A DNA stretch of 63,709 nt, filler included, from a candidate division WOR-3 bacterium (GCA_016934535.1; 5 parts of 5 records of this genome joined end to end with filler, not necessarily neighbours in it), one strand, 5' to 3'; shown: positions 46,910 to 57,676, numbered from the whole stretch's first letter. Notes: a model not told the origin generated them from the letters alone. Numbers and translations are program-made.

Positions 46910-48148
46910 ATGGAAAATTTAGTTTTTCTGCCAGGTTACAAAGAAGCGGCGATGATACTTATAGGTTTTTTTCTTATCTGGGTTTGCGTCAGGAAAAATT
47001 ACGAACCTCTGCTTCTGCTACCCATTGGCATTGGAATAGTGCTCGTGAACCTTCCTTCTTCACCCTTGAGAGCGGAAGACTCGATATTGGCCATGCTCTT
47101 CGAGAAGGGTGTTAAAAACGATATTTTTCCCCTTTTGATTTTTATCTCCATAGGCGCGATGATGGACTTCAAACCGCTCGTTCAGAGACCGTGGCTGGTT
47201 GTTTTCGGTGTAGCGGGACAGATAGGCATTTTTGCGACTATGATAATGGCAGTCCTTTTAGGATACAACATCCAGCAGGCTGCTTCCATCGGCATTATCG
47301 GCAGTGCTGACGGCCCGACATCGATATTTGTGTCATCTAAACTTGCCCCGGAACTGCTCGGTTTGATAACTCTCGCCGCATATTCCTACATGGCTCTGGT
47401 GCCGCTGATTCAGCCGCCGATAATGAAAGCTTTGACAACAAAGGGGGAGAGACGGGTTAAAATGCCTGTCAGCACTTTTGTTGTAGGAAAAACACTGGAA
47501 AAACTGTTCCCTTATATAATTCTGATAGTCTCCGGAATATTCTGCCCGATGAGCGTTCCTCTCATAGGTTTTTTGATGTTCGGAAACATCCTTAACACTT
47601 CGGGGGTAACAGATATGCTGGCTAAAGCGGCGAAGGATTACCTTTCCGGTCTCGTCACGCTTTTTCTCGGTATAGCTGTGGGATCTTCAATGACCGCCCA
47701 CTCTTTTTTGAAGCTCGATACGTTGGTTATCTTTTTTCTCGGTCTCTTCGCATTCGCTTTTTCGACGGCTTTCGGTGTCCTTCTCGGAAAGGTCATGCTT
47801 TTTTTCAAAGTCAGGATAAACCCCCTGATAGGAGCCGCGGGTTTGTCGTCTTTTCCAATGTCAGCAAGACTCGTCCATCAGATAGGGCAGGAAGCGGACA
47901 AAACAAATTACCTTCTTATGCACGCCGCTTCGGCAAACGTGGCAGGCCAGCTCGCTTCTGTCATAGCCGGAGGAGTACTCATAGACATGGTTTTAAAATA
48001 TGCCCCGACCTCTGATTTTACGGGATCTAACCTTGCTGTGGCTTTAAAAATCCTCGCTCTCGGAATGTTGAGGGTCTTTTTTATTATGGCTGTTGTAAGT
48101 TTACTGATTTACGGAACGAGATTGGTGTTCAGATCTAAGGAAGATTAA
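46910..48148 (+). CDS. Sodium ion-translocating decarboxylase beta subunit (OadB/GcdB/MmdB family) with C-terminal extension
   Basis: YEPLLLLPIG, IGAMMDF, SIGIIGSADGPTSIF, AAYSYMALVPLIQPP, NPLIGAAG, FPMSAR, NVAGQ. Confidence 0.92.
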   Translation: MENLVFLPGYKEAAMILIGFFLIWVCVRKNYEPLLLLPIGIGIVLVNLPSSPLRAEDSILAMLFEKGVKNDIFPLLIFISIGAMMDFKPLVQRPWLVVFGVAGQIGIFATMIMAVLLGYNIQQAASIGIIGSADGPTSIFVSSKLAPELLGLITLAAYSYMALVPLIQPPIMKALTTKGERRVKMPVSTFVVGKTLEKLFPYIILIVSGIFCPMSVPLIGFLMFGNILNTSGVTDMLAKAAKDYLSGLVTLFLGIAVGSSMTAHSFLKLDTLVIFFLGLFAFAFSTAFGVLLGKVMLFFKVRINPLIGAAGLSSFPMSARLVHQIGQEADKTNYLLMHAASANVAGQLASVIAGGVLIDMVLKYAPTSDFTGSNLAVALKILALGMLRVFFIMAVVSLLIYGTRLVFRSKED

Positions 48149-48211
48149 GCAGTCAGGATTTTATATATCATATTTTCAGCTTTTTAATTTTGTAATATTT
48201 AAGGAGGCGTC

Positions 48212-50668
48212 ATGAAAAGTATCTTTTTTCTGATGATTTTTGTTTTCGCTTCAGTTCAGGCGGATCCGCCGGCCAGTTTCGATCTGAGAAACTATGGAGG
48301 GATAAATTATGTAACCTCGGTGAAAAATCAGCAGGGTGGAACATGCTGGACGCATGGTGCCATGGCTTCTATTGAAGGCAATCTGCTGATAACGGGAGCG
48401 TGGACAGCCGCAGGCGACACCGGCGAACCGAATCTCGCCGAGTATCACCTCGACTGGTGGAATGGTTTCAATCAGTGGAACAACGACGACATAGATCCTC
48501 CCACAGGAAGCGGACTGATTGTTCACGAAGGCGGAGACTACATGGTGACAACCGCTTATCTGAGCAGAGGAGAAGGTGCGGTCAGGGACATTGACGGACA
48601 GTCTTATTCATCAGCTCCCCAGAGAAGACTCGACACATACAGGTATTATTATCCGAGACAGGTTTGGTGGCTGACGGCGGGGGAAAATCTCGAGAACATA
48701 AACGCGATCAAAGAAGCTGTTATGACTTACGGCGTTCTGGGAACGTGTATGTGCTACAATTCGTCATACATTTCGAATTATATCCACTACCAGCCTCCGA
48801 CGAGCACGGAAATGCCCAACCACGCTGTGGCCATAATCGGATGGGACGACAACTTGAGCACCCAGGCGCCTCTGCCGGGAGCGTGGCTCGTCAAAAACAG
48901 TTGGGGCCCGTCATGGGGAAACGACGGATTTTTCTGGATATCATATTACGACAAATACAGTTGCCAGGAACCTCAGATGGGCGCGGTTTCTTTTCAGCAT
49001 GTGGAAGTGATGAAATACGACACGATATATTATCACGATTACCATGGCTGGAGAGACACCAAAACCGACTGTTCGGAAGCTTTTAACGTGTTTGTCGCGA
49101 ACGGCGATCACTCAATAACCGGAGTGAGCTTTTTTGCAGCCGCAGACAGCGCTGAATACACAATAAGAATTTATGAAAGTTTTGACGGATCGCAGCTTTC
49201 GGGAATTCTCGCGGAAGAAACAGGAATTTGCGAAAGAAAAGGTTTTTACACAGTTGATCTCGATTCCGCACCGTCTTTTCTCGAAGGAGACACTTTTTAT
49301 GCCTATCTCAGTCTTTCCGAGGGCGGGCAGCCGTACGACAGAACTTCAGACGTGCCTGTCCTTCTCGGAGCGAGTTACAGGACGGTTGTTCAGTCTTCGG
49401 CTGATCCGAATGAAAGTTATTACAAAGAGGGAGGGCAATGGCACGACCTCTATAACTGGGCTGGCAACCCCTATCCTCAGACCGGAAATTTCTGCATAAA
49501 AGCGTGTGCGATGGAAATGGGTATAAAAGTGACGCCGGATACAGATTCAAAATCACAGGGTCTTCCAGGAGGACCATTTTCTCCTGATCAATTCCAGTAC
49601 GACATCACTTACAACGGTTCAGGTCAGATAGATTACACTGTCGGGGTAAGTTTCAATGCATACTGGCTTAGTGTCACGGGACCGGTTACAGGATCTCTGA
49701 CAAACACCGACACCGCATCAATCATTTTTTCGATAAATTCGTCGGCGAACAGTCTTCCTGTCGGAGCTTACAGGGCGACGATTCAATTTCAAAATCAGAC
49801 GAATCAGCTCGGTTCAACTGAGAGAGAAATAATACTCGTCGTAGGAGCAAATCAGACTGTTTATTTCTGGGGTTTTGAGACGAATCCGGGATGGAACTGC
49901 GACCTGCAATGGGCGTTCGGCGTTCCGACCGGCCAGGGAGGACAACACGGAAATCCCGACCCGACTTCAGGTTACACGGGCAACAATGTTTACGGATACA
50001 ATCTAAACGGCGATTATGCAAACAACATGACTGAAAAATACCTGGCGACAAACGCCATTGACCTGACCGGCGTGTACAACACTGAGCTTAGATTTTACAG
50101 ATGGCTCGGCGTCGAACAATCTTCATACGATCACGCGAAAATACAAGTCAAGGCAGGATCCGGAAGCTGGTTTACTATATGGGAGAATCCCGACAGCGAA
50201 ACAGCAGACAACGCGTGGAATCAATTCAGCTACGACATATCACAGGTTGCCGACGATCAGAGCGAAGTTTACCTGAGATGGGTCATGGGTACGACAGACG
50301 GAGGATGGGTTTATTGCGGCTGGAACATTGACGATGTCGAGATACTCGGCGTCAGCGAATCTTCTATCGAAGAAAATCCCTCTGCCGGTTATGAGGGAGA
50401 TTTTTCTTTCTCGCTGTCTAACTCATTTGGCAGAGGGACCGATATTTTCTACGTTTTACCTTCAGACGGCGACGTCGGAATAAGAGTTTACGACGCGACC
50501 GGAAGAGTGGTCGCTGTTTTGACTGAATCTTATAAACCCGCCGGTTGTCATTCTCTGTCATGGGCAGGAACTGACGGCGAAGGTAAGTTCATCTCGAACG
50601 GAGTTTATTTCATAAACATAGAAACTCGGGACAATTCAGCTACAAGAAAAATGATTTTGACAAGGTAA
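48212..50668 (+). CDS. Secreted papain-like (C1A) cysteine protease with lectin/Ig-like domains and C-terminal sorting-type domain
   Basis: VKNQQGGTCW, NHAV, KNSWG catalytic motifs; IEEN linker; VYDATGRVV...SWAG...GVYF. Confidence 0.9.
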   Translation: MKSIFFLMIFVFASVQADPPASFDLRNYGGINYVTSVKNQQGGTCWTHGAMASIEGNLLITGAWTAAGDTGEPNLAEYHLDWWNGFNQWNNDDIDPPTGSGLIVHEGGDYMVTTAYLSRGEGAVRDIDGQSYSSAPQRRLDTYRYYYPRQVWWLTAGENLENINAIKEAVMTYGVLGTCMCYNSSYISNYIHYQPPTSTEMPNHAVAIIGWDDNLSTQAPLPGAWLVKNSWGPSWGNDGFFWISYYDKYSCQEPQMGAVSFQHVEVMKYDTIYYHDYHGWRDTKTDCSEAFNVFVANGDHSITGVSFFAAADSAEYTIRIYESFDGSQLSGILAEETGICERKGFYTVDLDSAPSFLEGDTFYAYLSLSEGGQPYDRTSDVPVLLGASYRTVVQSSADPNESYYKEGGQWHDLYNWAGNPYPQTGNFCIKACAMEMGIKVTPDTDSKSQGLPGGPFSPDQFQYDITYNGSGQIDYTVGVSFNAYWLSVTGPVTGSLTNTDTASIIFSINSSANSLPVGAYRATIQFQNQTNQLGSTEREIILVVGANQTVYFWGFETNPGWNCDLQWAFGVPTGQGGQHGNPDPTSGYTGNNVYGYNLNGDYANNMTEKYLATNAIDLTGVYNTELRFYRWLGVEQSSYDHAKIQVKAGSGSWFTIWENPDSETADNAWNQFSYDISQVADDQSEVYLRWVMGTTDGGWVYCGWNIDDVEILGVSESSIEENPSAGYEGDFSFSLSNSFGRGTDIFYVLPSDGDVGIRVYDATGRVVAVLTESYKPAGCHSLSWAGTDGEGKFISNGVYFINIETRDNSATRKMILTR

Positions 50669-50701
50669 ACCGGGAAAGACAAAAAACTTTAATAAAAAAG
50701 G

Positions 50702-50730
50702 TAAGAAGGGGTAATTATTATCCCTTCTTA
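50702..50730 (+). terminator. Probable terminator hairpin
   Basis: TAAGAAGGGGTAA / TTATCCCTTCTTA inverted repeat downstream of the protease; weak U-tract. Confidence 0.5.
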
Positions 50731-50742
50731 TATTGTGTATAT

Positions 50743-51423
50743 ATGAATTTTATATCAATTCAGACAGAACAGACCACTTCAATAACAGATCTGGCTCTGT
50801 CGGCAATAAGCGCAGTATTTTGTGCATATTTTTTATTTGAACACGTAAAAATGAAAAACAGGCAACCATTGCTGTGGTCGTCGGTTTTTTTTCTTCTGTT
50901 CGTGGCTTCATCGCTGGGCGCAATGCTTCACGGAATAATCTGGGATGAAAACGCGAAGTTTAATTTTTGGATTCCGATAAAAGCTTCGTTGGCTTTGTCA
51001 ATATCCCTTTTCGCTTTGGCGGCTTATTGTGATTTATTCAGAAGAAGGATAAGATTTTTGTCATTTTCGATTGCTGTATTAACTGCGTTGACGTGCGGTG
51101 CGATTTCTTTTTTACATAATACAAACGACATAATAATGAAAGTATTTCAGCTCACGGCTCTTGTTTTTTCTTTCACGGTTTATTTGTATCTGATTTTAAG
51201 AAATAGAAATTACAGTTCAGTTTACATGATAGCCGGAATATTAATCACATTGACAGCCGCGCTGATTCAGTTTTCGGGAAACTTTTCTGTTATGTTTTTA
51301 TGGCAATTCGATCACAACGGAATATTTCATTTGGTTCAGGTTCCCGGACTGTTTTTTATTTTTTTCGGAGCGAAACTGTCGTTGAGAAAAAAATATCTAA
51401 CTTACTCAAAAGAAGTTAAATAA
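50743..51423 (+). CDS. Hypothetical 7-TM membrane protein
   Basis: Hydrophobic; TTSITD, GAMLHG and FDHNGIFH His-containing motifs. Confidence 0.7.
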   Translation: MNFISIQTEQTTSITDLALSAISAVFCAYFLFEHVKMKNRQPLLWSSVFFLLFVASSLGAMLHGIIWDENAKFNFWIPIKASLALSISLFALAAYCDLFRRRIRFLSFSIAVLTALTCGAISFLHNTNDIIMKVFQLTALVFSFTVYLYLILRNRNYSSVYMIAGILITLTAALIQFSGNFSVMFLWQFDHNGIFHLVQVPGLFFIFFGAKLSLRKKYLTYSKEVK

Positions 51424-51882
51424 ACAGTTCTTTTATTTTTTTGTTGTATTTTTACTGTAAAAAACCCTTAAAATTTTTGTGTGGATATCTGACTTCGGGC
51501 ATGTCAGTAAATATCGAAATATTGAGCCCAAGTAAGTCACAAAATTGCAACGAATAGCGTATAGCTCGAACAAGCGTTACATGCGCTTGAAATGTTGAAC
51601 CGATGAAACATGTGCAGATAAACAAAGTATTCACCGCGCTGTGTTGACAAAATTGTGGATAACTTAGAGTTTTTTGGCTTGAAAAATGCATAAGAACTTA
51701 TCTGATATAAAGATGAATTTAAATGATAATCATTTATAGTATAATAATTATGTCTTTTCCGTTTAAAAAAATCAATCAATATAAAATCACGGCTCAGTCT
51801 TAATGCGTTTCAATTCTATGGATTAATGAATTAGTTTGTAAACATTGACCAATGAGAAATTTCGATTATCTTTGAAATTTAT

Positions 51883-52767
51883 ATGAATATAGGGTACCCT
51901 TGCATAAACCGAAGTATTGACTGTACTTCAAATTCAACTTTCAGACTTCGAAATTTCACAAAAGAAAATTTAATTGCAAAAGTAGAAAACAACATCTGTT
52001 GTCTGAAAAAAATATTGGGATTCAACGCTGATAAAGGATTGTTATTTTTCAGAATAAGTTCCGACTTGGTGCCTTTTGCATCGCATCCGGTCATGGAGTT
52101 TGACTGGCTCAATCATTTTAAAGACGAATTGAAAAGCTTGGGATCGTTTATAAGAAAGAACAGAATGAGAATTTCAATGCATCCCGACCAGTTCACTATA
52201 ATAAACGCGAGAGACAGCAAAATTGTCAAAAGAAGCATCGAAGAACTCGAATATCACTGCGATTTGCTCGATTCGCTCGGTCTCGATTCTACGGCGAAGA
52301 TACAGATTCACGTGGGAGGAGTCTATGACGATAAGACAGCTTCAAAATTGCGATTTGCCGAAAATTACTTAGAATTACCAGAAAAGATCAAAAAGCGTTT
52401 GGTAATCGAAAACGACGACAGACATTACGGATTGAAGGACTGTATGGAAATATACGACAAAATCCGAGTTCCAGTTCTTTTTGATGTGTTTCATCACGAG
52501 GTCTGCAACTCCGGCGAGATTCTTTCGGAAGCTCTTGAAAAATCCGCCAAAACATGGAGTAAGAAAAACGGCACCCCTATGATTGATTACAGTTCCCAGA
52601 AAAGAGGATCGAGAAAAGGGTCGCACGCTGAGACGCTTGAAAAGAATCATTTCGTCAAGTTTTTAAAGGACTCGGATGGATTCGATTTTGATCTCATGCT
52701 CGAGATAAAGGACAAGGAAAAAAGCGCCATAAAAGCTTTAAAACTTGTAAATGAAAAAAGGAGATAA
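51883..52767 (+). CDS. uvsE: UV DNA damage endonuclease UvsE
   Basis: IGYPCIN, FFRISSDLVP, SMHPDQF, IHVGG, IENDD, DVFHH, MLEIKDKE. Confidence 0.93.
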   Translation: MNIGYPCINRSIDCTSNSTFRLRNFTKENLIAKVENNICCLKKILGFNADKGLLFFRISSDLVPFASHPVMEFDWLNHFKDELKSLGSFIRKNRMRISMHPDQFTIINARDSKIVKRSIEELEYHCDLLDSLGLDSTAKIQIHVGGVYDDKTASKLRFAENYLELPEKIKKRLVIENDDRHYGLKDCMEIYDKIRVPVLFDVFHHEVCNSGEILSEALEKSAKTWSKKNGTPMIDYSSQKRGSRKGSHAETLEKNHFVKFLKDSDGFDFDLMLEIKDKEKSAIKALKLVNEKRR

Positions 52768-52769
52768 AA

Positions 52770-53246
52770 ATGAATAAAACCAGTTTTCTAAAACTCGCCA
52801 TTTCGATAATTCTCCCTCAGCTCGCGGGTATAATCGGCTCTTTTTTCACGATGAAGAACATTCCCGGCTGGTATGCCGGACTTAACAAGCCTTCCTTCAA
52901 TCCCCCAAACTGGTTGTTCGGACCGGTGTGGACTACTCTGTATCTGATGATGGGTGTTTCTTTTTTCATTGTATGGGCTTATCATACCCGAAGTTCATTT
53001 TACAAACCTGCGATTACAGTGTTTCTGATACAGCTCTTTTTGAACTTGCTTTGGTCTTTCCTTTTCTTTGGTCTGAAAAACCCTCTCGCGGGTCTTGTCG
53101 AAATATTTTTCCTTTGGACGGCCATTCTTTTGACTATCATCCTTTTTTTCAAAATCTCAAAAACAGCCTCAATTCTTCTGATTCCCTATTTACTGTGGGT
53201 CTCTTTCGCCTCGGTTTTGAATTACTTCTTGTATAAATTGAATTGA
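52770..53246 (+). CDS. tspO: TspO/MBR family protein
   Basis: WYAGLNKPSFNPPNWLFGPVWTTLY...PYLLWVSFA. Confidence 0.93.
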   Translation: MNKTSFLKLAISIILPQLAGIIGSFFTMKNIPGWYAGLNKPSFNPPNWLFGPVWTTLYLMMGVSFFIVWAYHTRSSFYKPAITVFLIQLFLNLLWSFLFFGLKNPLAGLVEIFFLWTAILLTIILFFKISKTASILLIPYLLWVSFASVLNYFLYKLN

Positions 53247-53265
53247 AGTTCAAATATGCTTTATC

Positions 53266-55650
53266 CTAATTGCTTATGAAAAACACTTTTTTAGCCAGGG
53301 TTGATATTCCGCAATCCAAACTTATTATGTAAGTTCCGCAAGATATTTTTTGTCCCTGAACGTCTCTGCCGTTCCAGGGAAAATGGTATTCTCCTTCCGG
53401 AAGGTTTTCGCCTATAGAAAGAATTTCCCTGCCGGTCAAATCGAAAATTTTGACATTGCCGGTTATACCCTTCGGGATTTCAAATCTGATGTCCAGACAA
53501 TCTCTGAAAATCGAAGGAGAACTCAGTATTATTTGAAATTCAAAGGGAAATTGTCCGGTTTCTTCAACTCCTACTGAAAAGTAATCCATAATTCTTCTCA
53601 TGACCGTATCAGGGGGGGCAAAAAGAGTAGTTCCATATATCGCTTCAAATCCGAAACCGAAGAAAACCAGTTCATAATTTCCGCTGTAACCGACGGCTGC
53701 CATTGATGAAGAATTCCAATACTGAAAAAGACCTGTGCCGCCGTTAATGGGATTCAGATCGTCCCTTGAGTTCTGATTGGAGGGCTGGCCGCCTGAAGTC
53801 CTTATCTGGAGTCCGTCGAAAATGCTTCCGGATATTCCGTCGCAAGCCTGTGTATTTGTGTTGCCCAGCCAGAAACAGTGAAGATATTCGGATAAAAATT
53901 GCTGACCCTGAAGGTTTTCCGCTATGTTCTGACCTGTGAGAAACAATTTCTTTCCGGAATCCAGAAACATGGATAGGTCCGATACGTCGTCGGGAGTTAT
54001 TACGGCTGAGTCTGCATCTCCCGTAAACCAGACAACCACTTCGTAGTCGAGTATCAGGTTACCGATAGGACCCTCTGTGAACCTGTTGTAAACATCGCAG
54101 ATCAAACCTAAATTTTCAATCGGATCAATGTATTTGTACAGATAATTTCCGGAGGGGTCTGCATTGACGATGCAGATCTCCGGTATTTCTCCGACTAAAA
54201 ATCTTACTTCAATCGAATCCGTCAGGCTCTGAGGATCGCTGAAAACATGTAAAGTGACGTCCACCCAGGACGTTTGTACCGTGTCGTCAACCTCAAAAAC
54301 AAACGGGTTCGATGAATTGTCGAGAGTGTCGCCCGGGTTGACGTTTCCCATGAAACAGCTGTCCTGGATGAACTGTATGGTTGAATTGTCTACAGTCGCA
54401 ACAACGAAGACGCTTTCAGCGGTGTTGTAAAGCGTGTCGCAGAGAAGACGGAATTCAAGGGATCCCTGTTCACCAGGAAGAATATGGTAGCTGTTTGAGG
54501 GACCGCGCACTTTAAATCCGGCAAGGTGCAGGTCTGTAATGTCCGAGGCATCCCTGTTTTCAAAGAGAACTATGCTGTTTGCGAACCTGCCGGCGCTTAA
54601 GACATCCATGTCCTGGTCCAGGTCTATGTCGCACGTTGTGACGTGGCTTGCTCCTCCAAACGAGTTTGAAATCAGATGGTTGGTAAAAGTTCCGTTTCCG
54701 TTATTTTCCCACCAGGTCACTGTGTTTGCGTTTTCTGCCGCAGCGAGAATATCGATCAGAGAATCGTCGTTAACGTAAGATGCGAAAACGCAAGTGACGC
54801 CGGAGTAAGCAGGTGAAAGCGGATTGTAGGTGAAATTTTCATTTCCGTCATTTTCAAACCATGCGACAACGCCGGAGCCGAAAGCGGCGCCTAAAATGTC
54901 AGTGTCGCCGTCGGAATCTATGTCGCAGGCGTAAACCCAGTGTGCAAGGCTGAAGGTCGAAGTCAGAACATGTTTGGTAAAATTTTCGTTTCCGTCGTTT
55001 TCCCACCAAAGAATTGTGCTCGATGCGTACGAACATCCTATGACATCCTTGTGACCGTCTCCGTTGATGTCTTCGGCGTATATACACGGACAACTGCTGT
55101 ATGAAGAATCAAGGGGATGGAAGGTAAAACTCTGACTGCCGTTGTTTTCGAACCATGCGAACGAACATCCTCCGCCCCAGACCGAACCGAGAATATCCAT
55201 ATCGTCGTCCTGATCGAGGTCGGTACAGTGGACGGTGTGTCCACCCTGAAAAGTACTTGTCACAACGTGTTCGGAGAAATCGCCCGTGCCGTCGTTTTCC
55301 CACCAGGAGATCATGTTGTCTGCAGAACCGGCTGTTGCCAACACGTCAAGATCACCGTCATCGTCCATATCCCCTGCGTCCACAACGCGGCATCCTCCGA
55401 AATCGCTGTCGACAACGTGCTCTACGAAATTCAAACCGCCGGTGTTTTCCCACCAGAAAATCGTGTCGTTGCTGTAAGCTCCGCCGATAATGTCCGGCAG
55501 TGAATCTCCGTTAATGTCACCTGCAGCTACCGTCATCGTCCAGGTGTAGCTGTCTTTAACCAGATGGTCGAAGAAGTAGACCTGGGAATTCAAAGACGCC
55601 GTGAGAAAAACCGATCCGAGAAGAAGTGTCCAAAACAACTTTGCCGACAT
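53266..55650 (-). CDS. Secreted FG-GAP/VCBS repeat protein with C-terminal sorting-type domain
   Basis: About 7 repeats DxDxDGDxDI...WWENDG; GVEET linker; IFDLTGRE...WNGRD...GTYI. Confidence 0.85.
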   Translation of the reverse strand: MSAKLFWTLLLGSVFLTASLNSQVYFFDHLVKDSYTWTMTVAAGDINGDSLPDIIGGAYSNDTIFWWENTGGLNFVEHVVDSDFGGCRVVDAGDMDDDGDLDVLATAGSADNMISWWENDGTGDFSEHVVTSTFQGGHTVHCTDLDQDDDMDILGSVWGGGCSFAWFENNGSQSFTFHPLDSSYSSCPCIYAEDINGDGHKDVIGCSYASSTILWWENDGNENFTKHVLTSTFSLAHWVYACDIDSDGDTDILGAAFGSGVVAWFENDGNENFTYNPLSPAYSGVTCVFASYVNDDSLIDILAAAENANTVTWWENNGNGTFTNHLISNSFGGASHVTTCDIDLDQDMDVLSAGRFANSIVLFENRDASDITDLHLAGFKVRGPSNSYHILPGEQGSLEFRLLCDTLYNTAESVFVVATVDNSTIQFIQDSCFMGNVNPGDTLDNSSNPFVFEVDDTVQTSWVDVTLHVFSDPQSLTDSIEVRFLVGEIPEICIVNADPSGNYLYKYIDPIENLGLICDVYNRFTEGPIGNLILDYEVVVWFTGDADSAVITPDDVSDLSMFLDSGKKLFLTGQNIAENLQGQQFLSEYLHCFWLGNTNTQACDGISGSIFDGLQIRTSGGQPSNQNSRDDLNPINGGTGLFQYWNSSSMAAVGYSGNYELVFFGFGFEAIYGTTLFAPPDTVMRRIMDYFSVGVEETGQFPFEFQIILSSPSIFRDCLDIRFEIPKGITGNVKIFDLTGREILSIGENLPEGEYHFPWNGRDVQGQKISCGTYIISLDCGISTLAKKVFFISN

Positions 55651-55796
55651 GCCCGCTCCTTTGTTATAATTTACTTTTAGGTCAATAATAATTACATTAT
55701 GTATATTATATTTTACAATACGTCAAGTATAATGTTATAACATAAATTGTAACGAATAAAACCGCTTTTTGGATTTAGGGATAATTTTAGACCAAG

Positions 55797-55826
55797 AAAA
55801 AAGGGAAGAGTATTTTCTCTTCCCTT
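55797..55826 (-). terminator. Intrinsic terminator
   Basis: AAGGGAAGAG-tatttt-CTCTTCCCTT with a plus-strand A-tract, downstream of the minus-strand gene. Confidence 0.7.
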
Positions 55827-55871
55827 AAAATTTTCAGAATCAAGCTGTTAAATATTTATTGCGTCGAAATA

Positions 55872-57518
55872 CTAAAACAACTGTATAGAACTGGTCTGCT
55901 TAAAGTCTTCAGAAATTAAATTGATGAAATATGTTCCGGCAACGACTTTTTCACCATTAATGCCGGTCGTGTTCCATTCGAGAGAGTGTTCACCGGCCGA
56001 AAATATTCTGTCTGCCAGCGTGTTGATTCTTCTTCCGAGAATATCGTACACTTCGATTCTGACATGCTGGTCCGTCGGTGTCGAAAAGCGAACGTTTATT
56101 TTTCCAAAAGATTGGGATATGCTGAAAGAGGTCATGTCCGGTAAAATGTCCGGTGTTTCTTCGACCTGGTTCATGTAATTCCACCTGTCGAACCAGATGT
56201 TGTTTTCTCCGTATTCCCGGTAAATGACAATTCTTCCGTTAATCGGTGCGACCAGTGCGTAGGTTATCTGGGCCGGCATACTTCCTGTCAGGGGGTAGTC
56301 GTTGACTGCGGCTCTGAGATACCAAGTCTGCAGGTTGGATTCAACCATCGCGCAGACCAGAGTGTCAAAAGTCCCTCCCGCCACGTTACAGCAAGCTACG
56401 GGCCTGTCGCTTGTCTGATTCCAGCCGATTCTGATGTTCGGCAGTGACGAAGTGACGTCACCGGAAATCGACCACTGGCTAGGTCCTGTCCAGGAAGAAC
56501 CGCCGTCAGAGCTGTAGTTGTAGTTGATTCTCGGATCGGCCCCTTCTGTGTACAGTGCGTAGACGTAATTGGACGGATACGAGCTGTATTTCTGTGTACA
56601 GATGCTTGGTGTGAACCTTACGATGTCAACGCTTGTTGAAATGTTATCATGGGTCCAGGAGCCGTTATAACATCCACTTCTGAATCTGTTTGAAGACTGC
56701 GTGTATATCGTGCCGACGTAATAATGATTTGCGTCCAAACAAGAAGCTGTGATTTCCATCGGACCAGAAGTACTGTTATGAACAGTGTTTGTCCATGATA
56801 AACCGGTGTCTGCAGAAACTGCCGTCTGCCAGCTGGTTTCACCTGCAGTGCTTGTGTAGCTGATGTATGAGAATACTATGAAAGGGTTCGAGTCCGGTGA
56901 GACGTCCATGGCGACCTGAAACGTGCTGTCGAACTCAGAGTTTGAAAAATCGAACCATCTTGCGATTCCACTAGGTCTTATCGCCCCGAAAAAAAGCCTG
57001 TAACCAACGTTGACTTCTGAATCCGCCCAAATGATGTAGATTTCAGGATCGTCGGTCGTGTAAGGTTCGAGTCTCATGTCGAAGTCTAAAAGCTTTCCGC
57101 CAGATCCGACGCAATCCCAGTGAATCATGTTCCACGAGTAACCGTTGTCGGTGGACCGGAATATGAAAAGCGTGTCGGTCCCGCCGTCGTGGCTGGACTG
57201 TATGGCGGCGTAAATATAAGCGTTCGCGTCGAAATCCATCGCTATGTTGTACCTGGAGTTTATCTGACATTGATCGGTGACCAGAAGATCGGGTCCCCAA
57301 AGAGGCGCGAAAGCCGAAGGCTCCGATCCTGTATTTATTTCCTCCTGCGGAGTCAAGGCTTGATATGGTGTGGTTTCAAGAAGTCCTGCTTCATCGGAAT
57401 CGGTCATTTCAGGTAAATTTGTAACATATGCTGGAGAAGTGTGAAATCCGGACGGTCCTGTGCCGGCCGACAGTGAGGTAAATACAAACGACACCGCTAT
57501 TAACATTACATACTTCAT
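55872..57518 (-). CDS. Secreted Asp-box (BNR) protein with C-terminal sorting-type domain
   Basis: Signal peptide; STDNGYSW, SADTGLSW, SSDGGSSW Asp-boxes; QVEET; VYDILGRRI...GTYFI. Confidence 0.8.
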   Translation of the reverse strand: MKYVMLIAVSFVFTSLSAGTGPSGFHTSPAYVTNLPEMTDSDEAGLLETTPYQALTPQEEINTGSEPSAFAPLWGPDLLVTDQCQINSRYNIAMDFDANAYIYAAIQSSHDGGTDTLFIFRSTDNGYSWNMIHWDCVGSGGKLLDFDMRLEPYTTDDPEIYIIWADSEVNVGYRLFFGAIRPSGIARWFDFSNSEFDSTFQVAMDVSPDSNPFIVFSYISYTSTAGETSWQTAVSADTGLSWTNTVHNSTSGPMEITASCLDANHYYVGTIYTQSSNRFRSGCYNGSWTHDNISTSVDIVRFTPSICTQKYSSYPSNYVYALYTEGADPRINYNYSSDGGSSWTGPSQWSISGDVTSSLPNIRIGWNQTSDRPVACCNVAGGTFDTLVCAMVESNLQTWYLRAAVNDYPLTGSMPAQITYALVAPINGRIVIYREYGENNIWFDRWNYMNQVEETPDILPDMTSFSISQSFGKINVRFSTPTDQHVRIEVYDILGRRINTLADRIFSAGEHSLEWNTTGINGEKVVAGTYFINLISEDFKQTSSIQLF

Positions 57519-57676
57519 GCTTCCTCCTTTGTATATCGGTTGATTCTATTTATTATAATACTAAACTGGCATTAATTGAATATTAAACCGGATTATGAAA
57601 ATGAAAATTTTTTTCCTTTATATCCGGCTTGAATTCAGTTTATAATAATGGTCATCTTAGAGGAGATTTATAATTT

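Noticed and set aside
55689-55716. dif-like sequence (CATTA-TGTATA-TTATATTTTAC)
   Set aside because: The core matches E. coli dif, but both arms are poor and the region is an AT-rich promoter area
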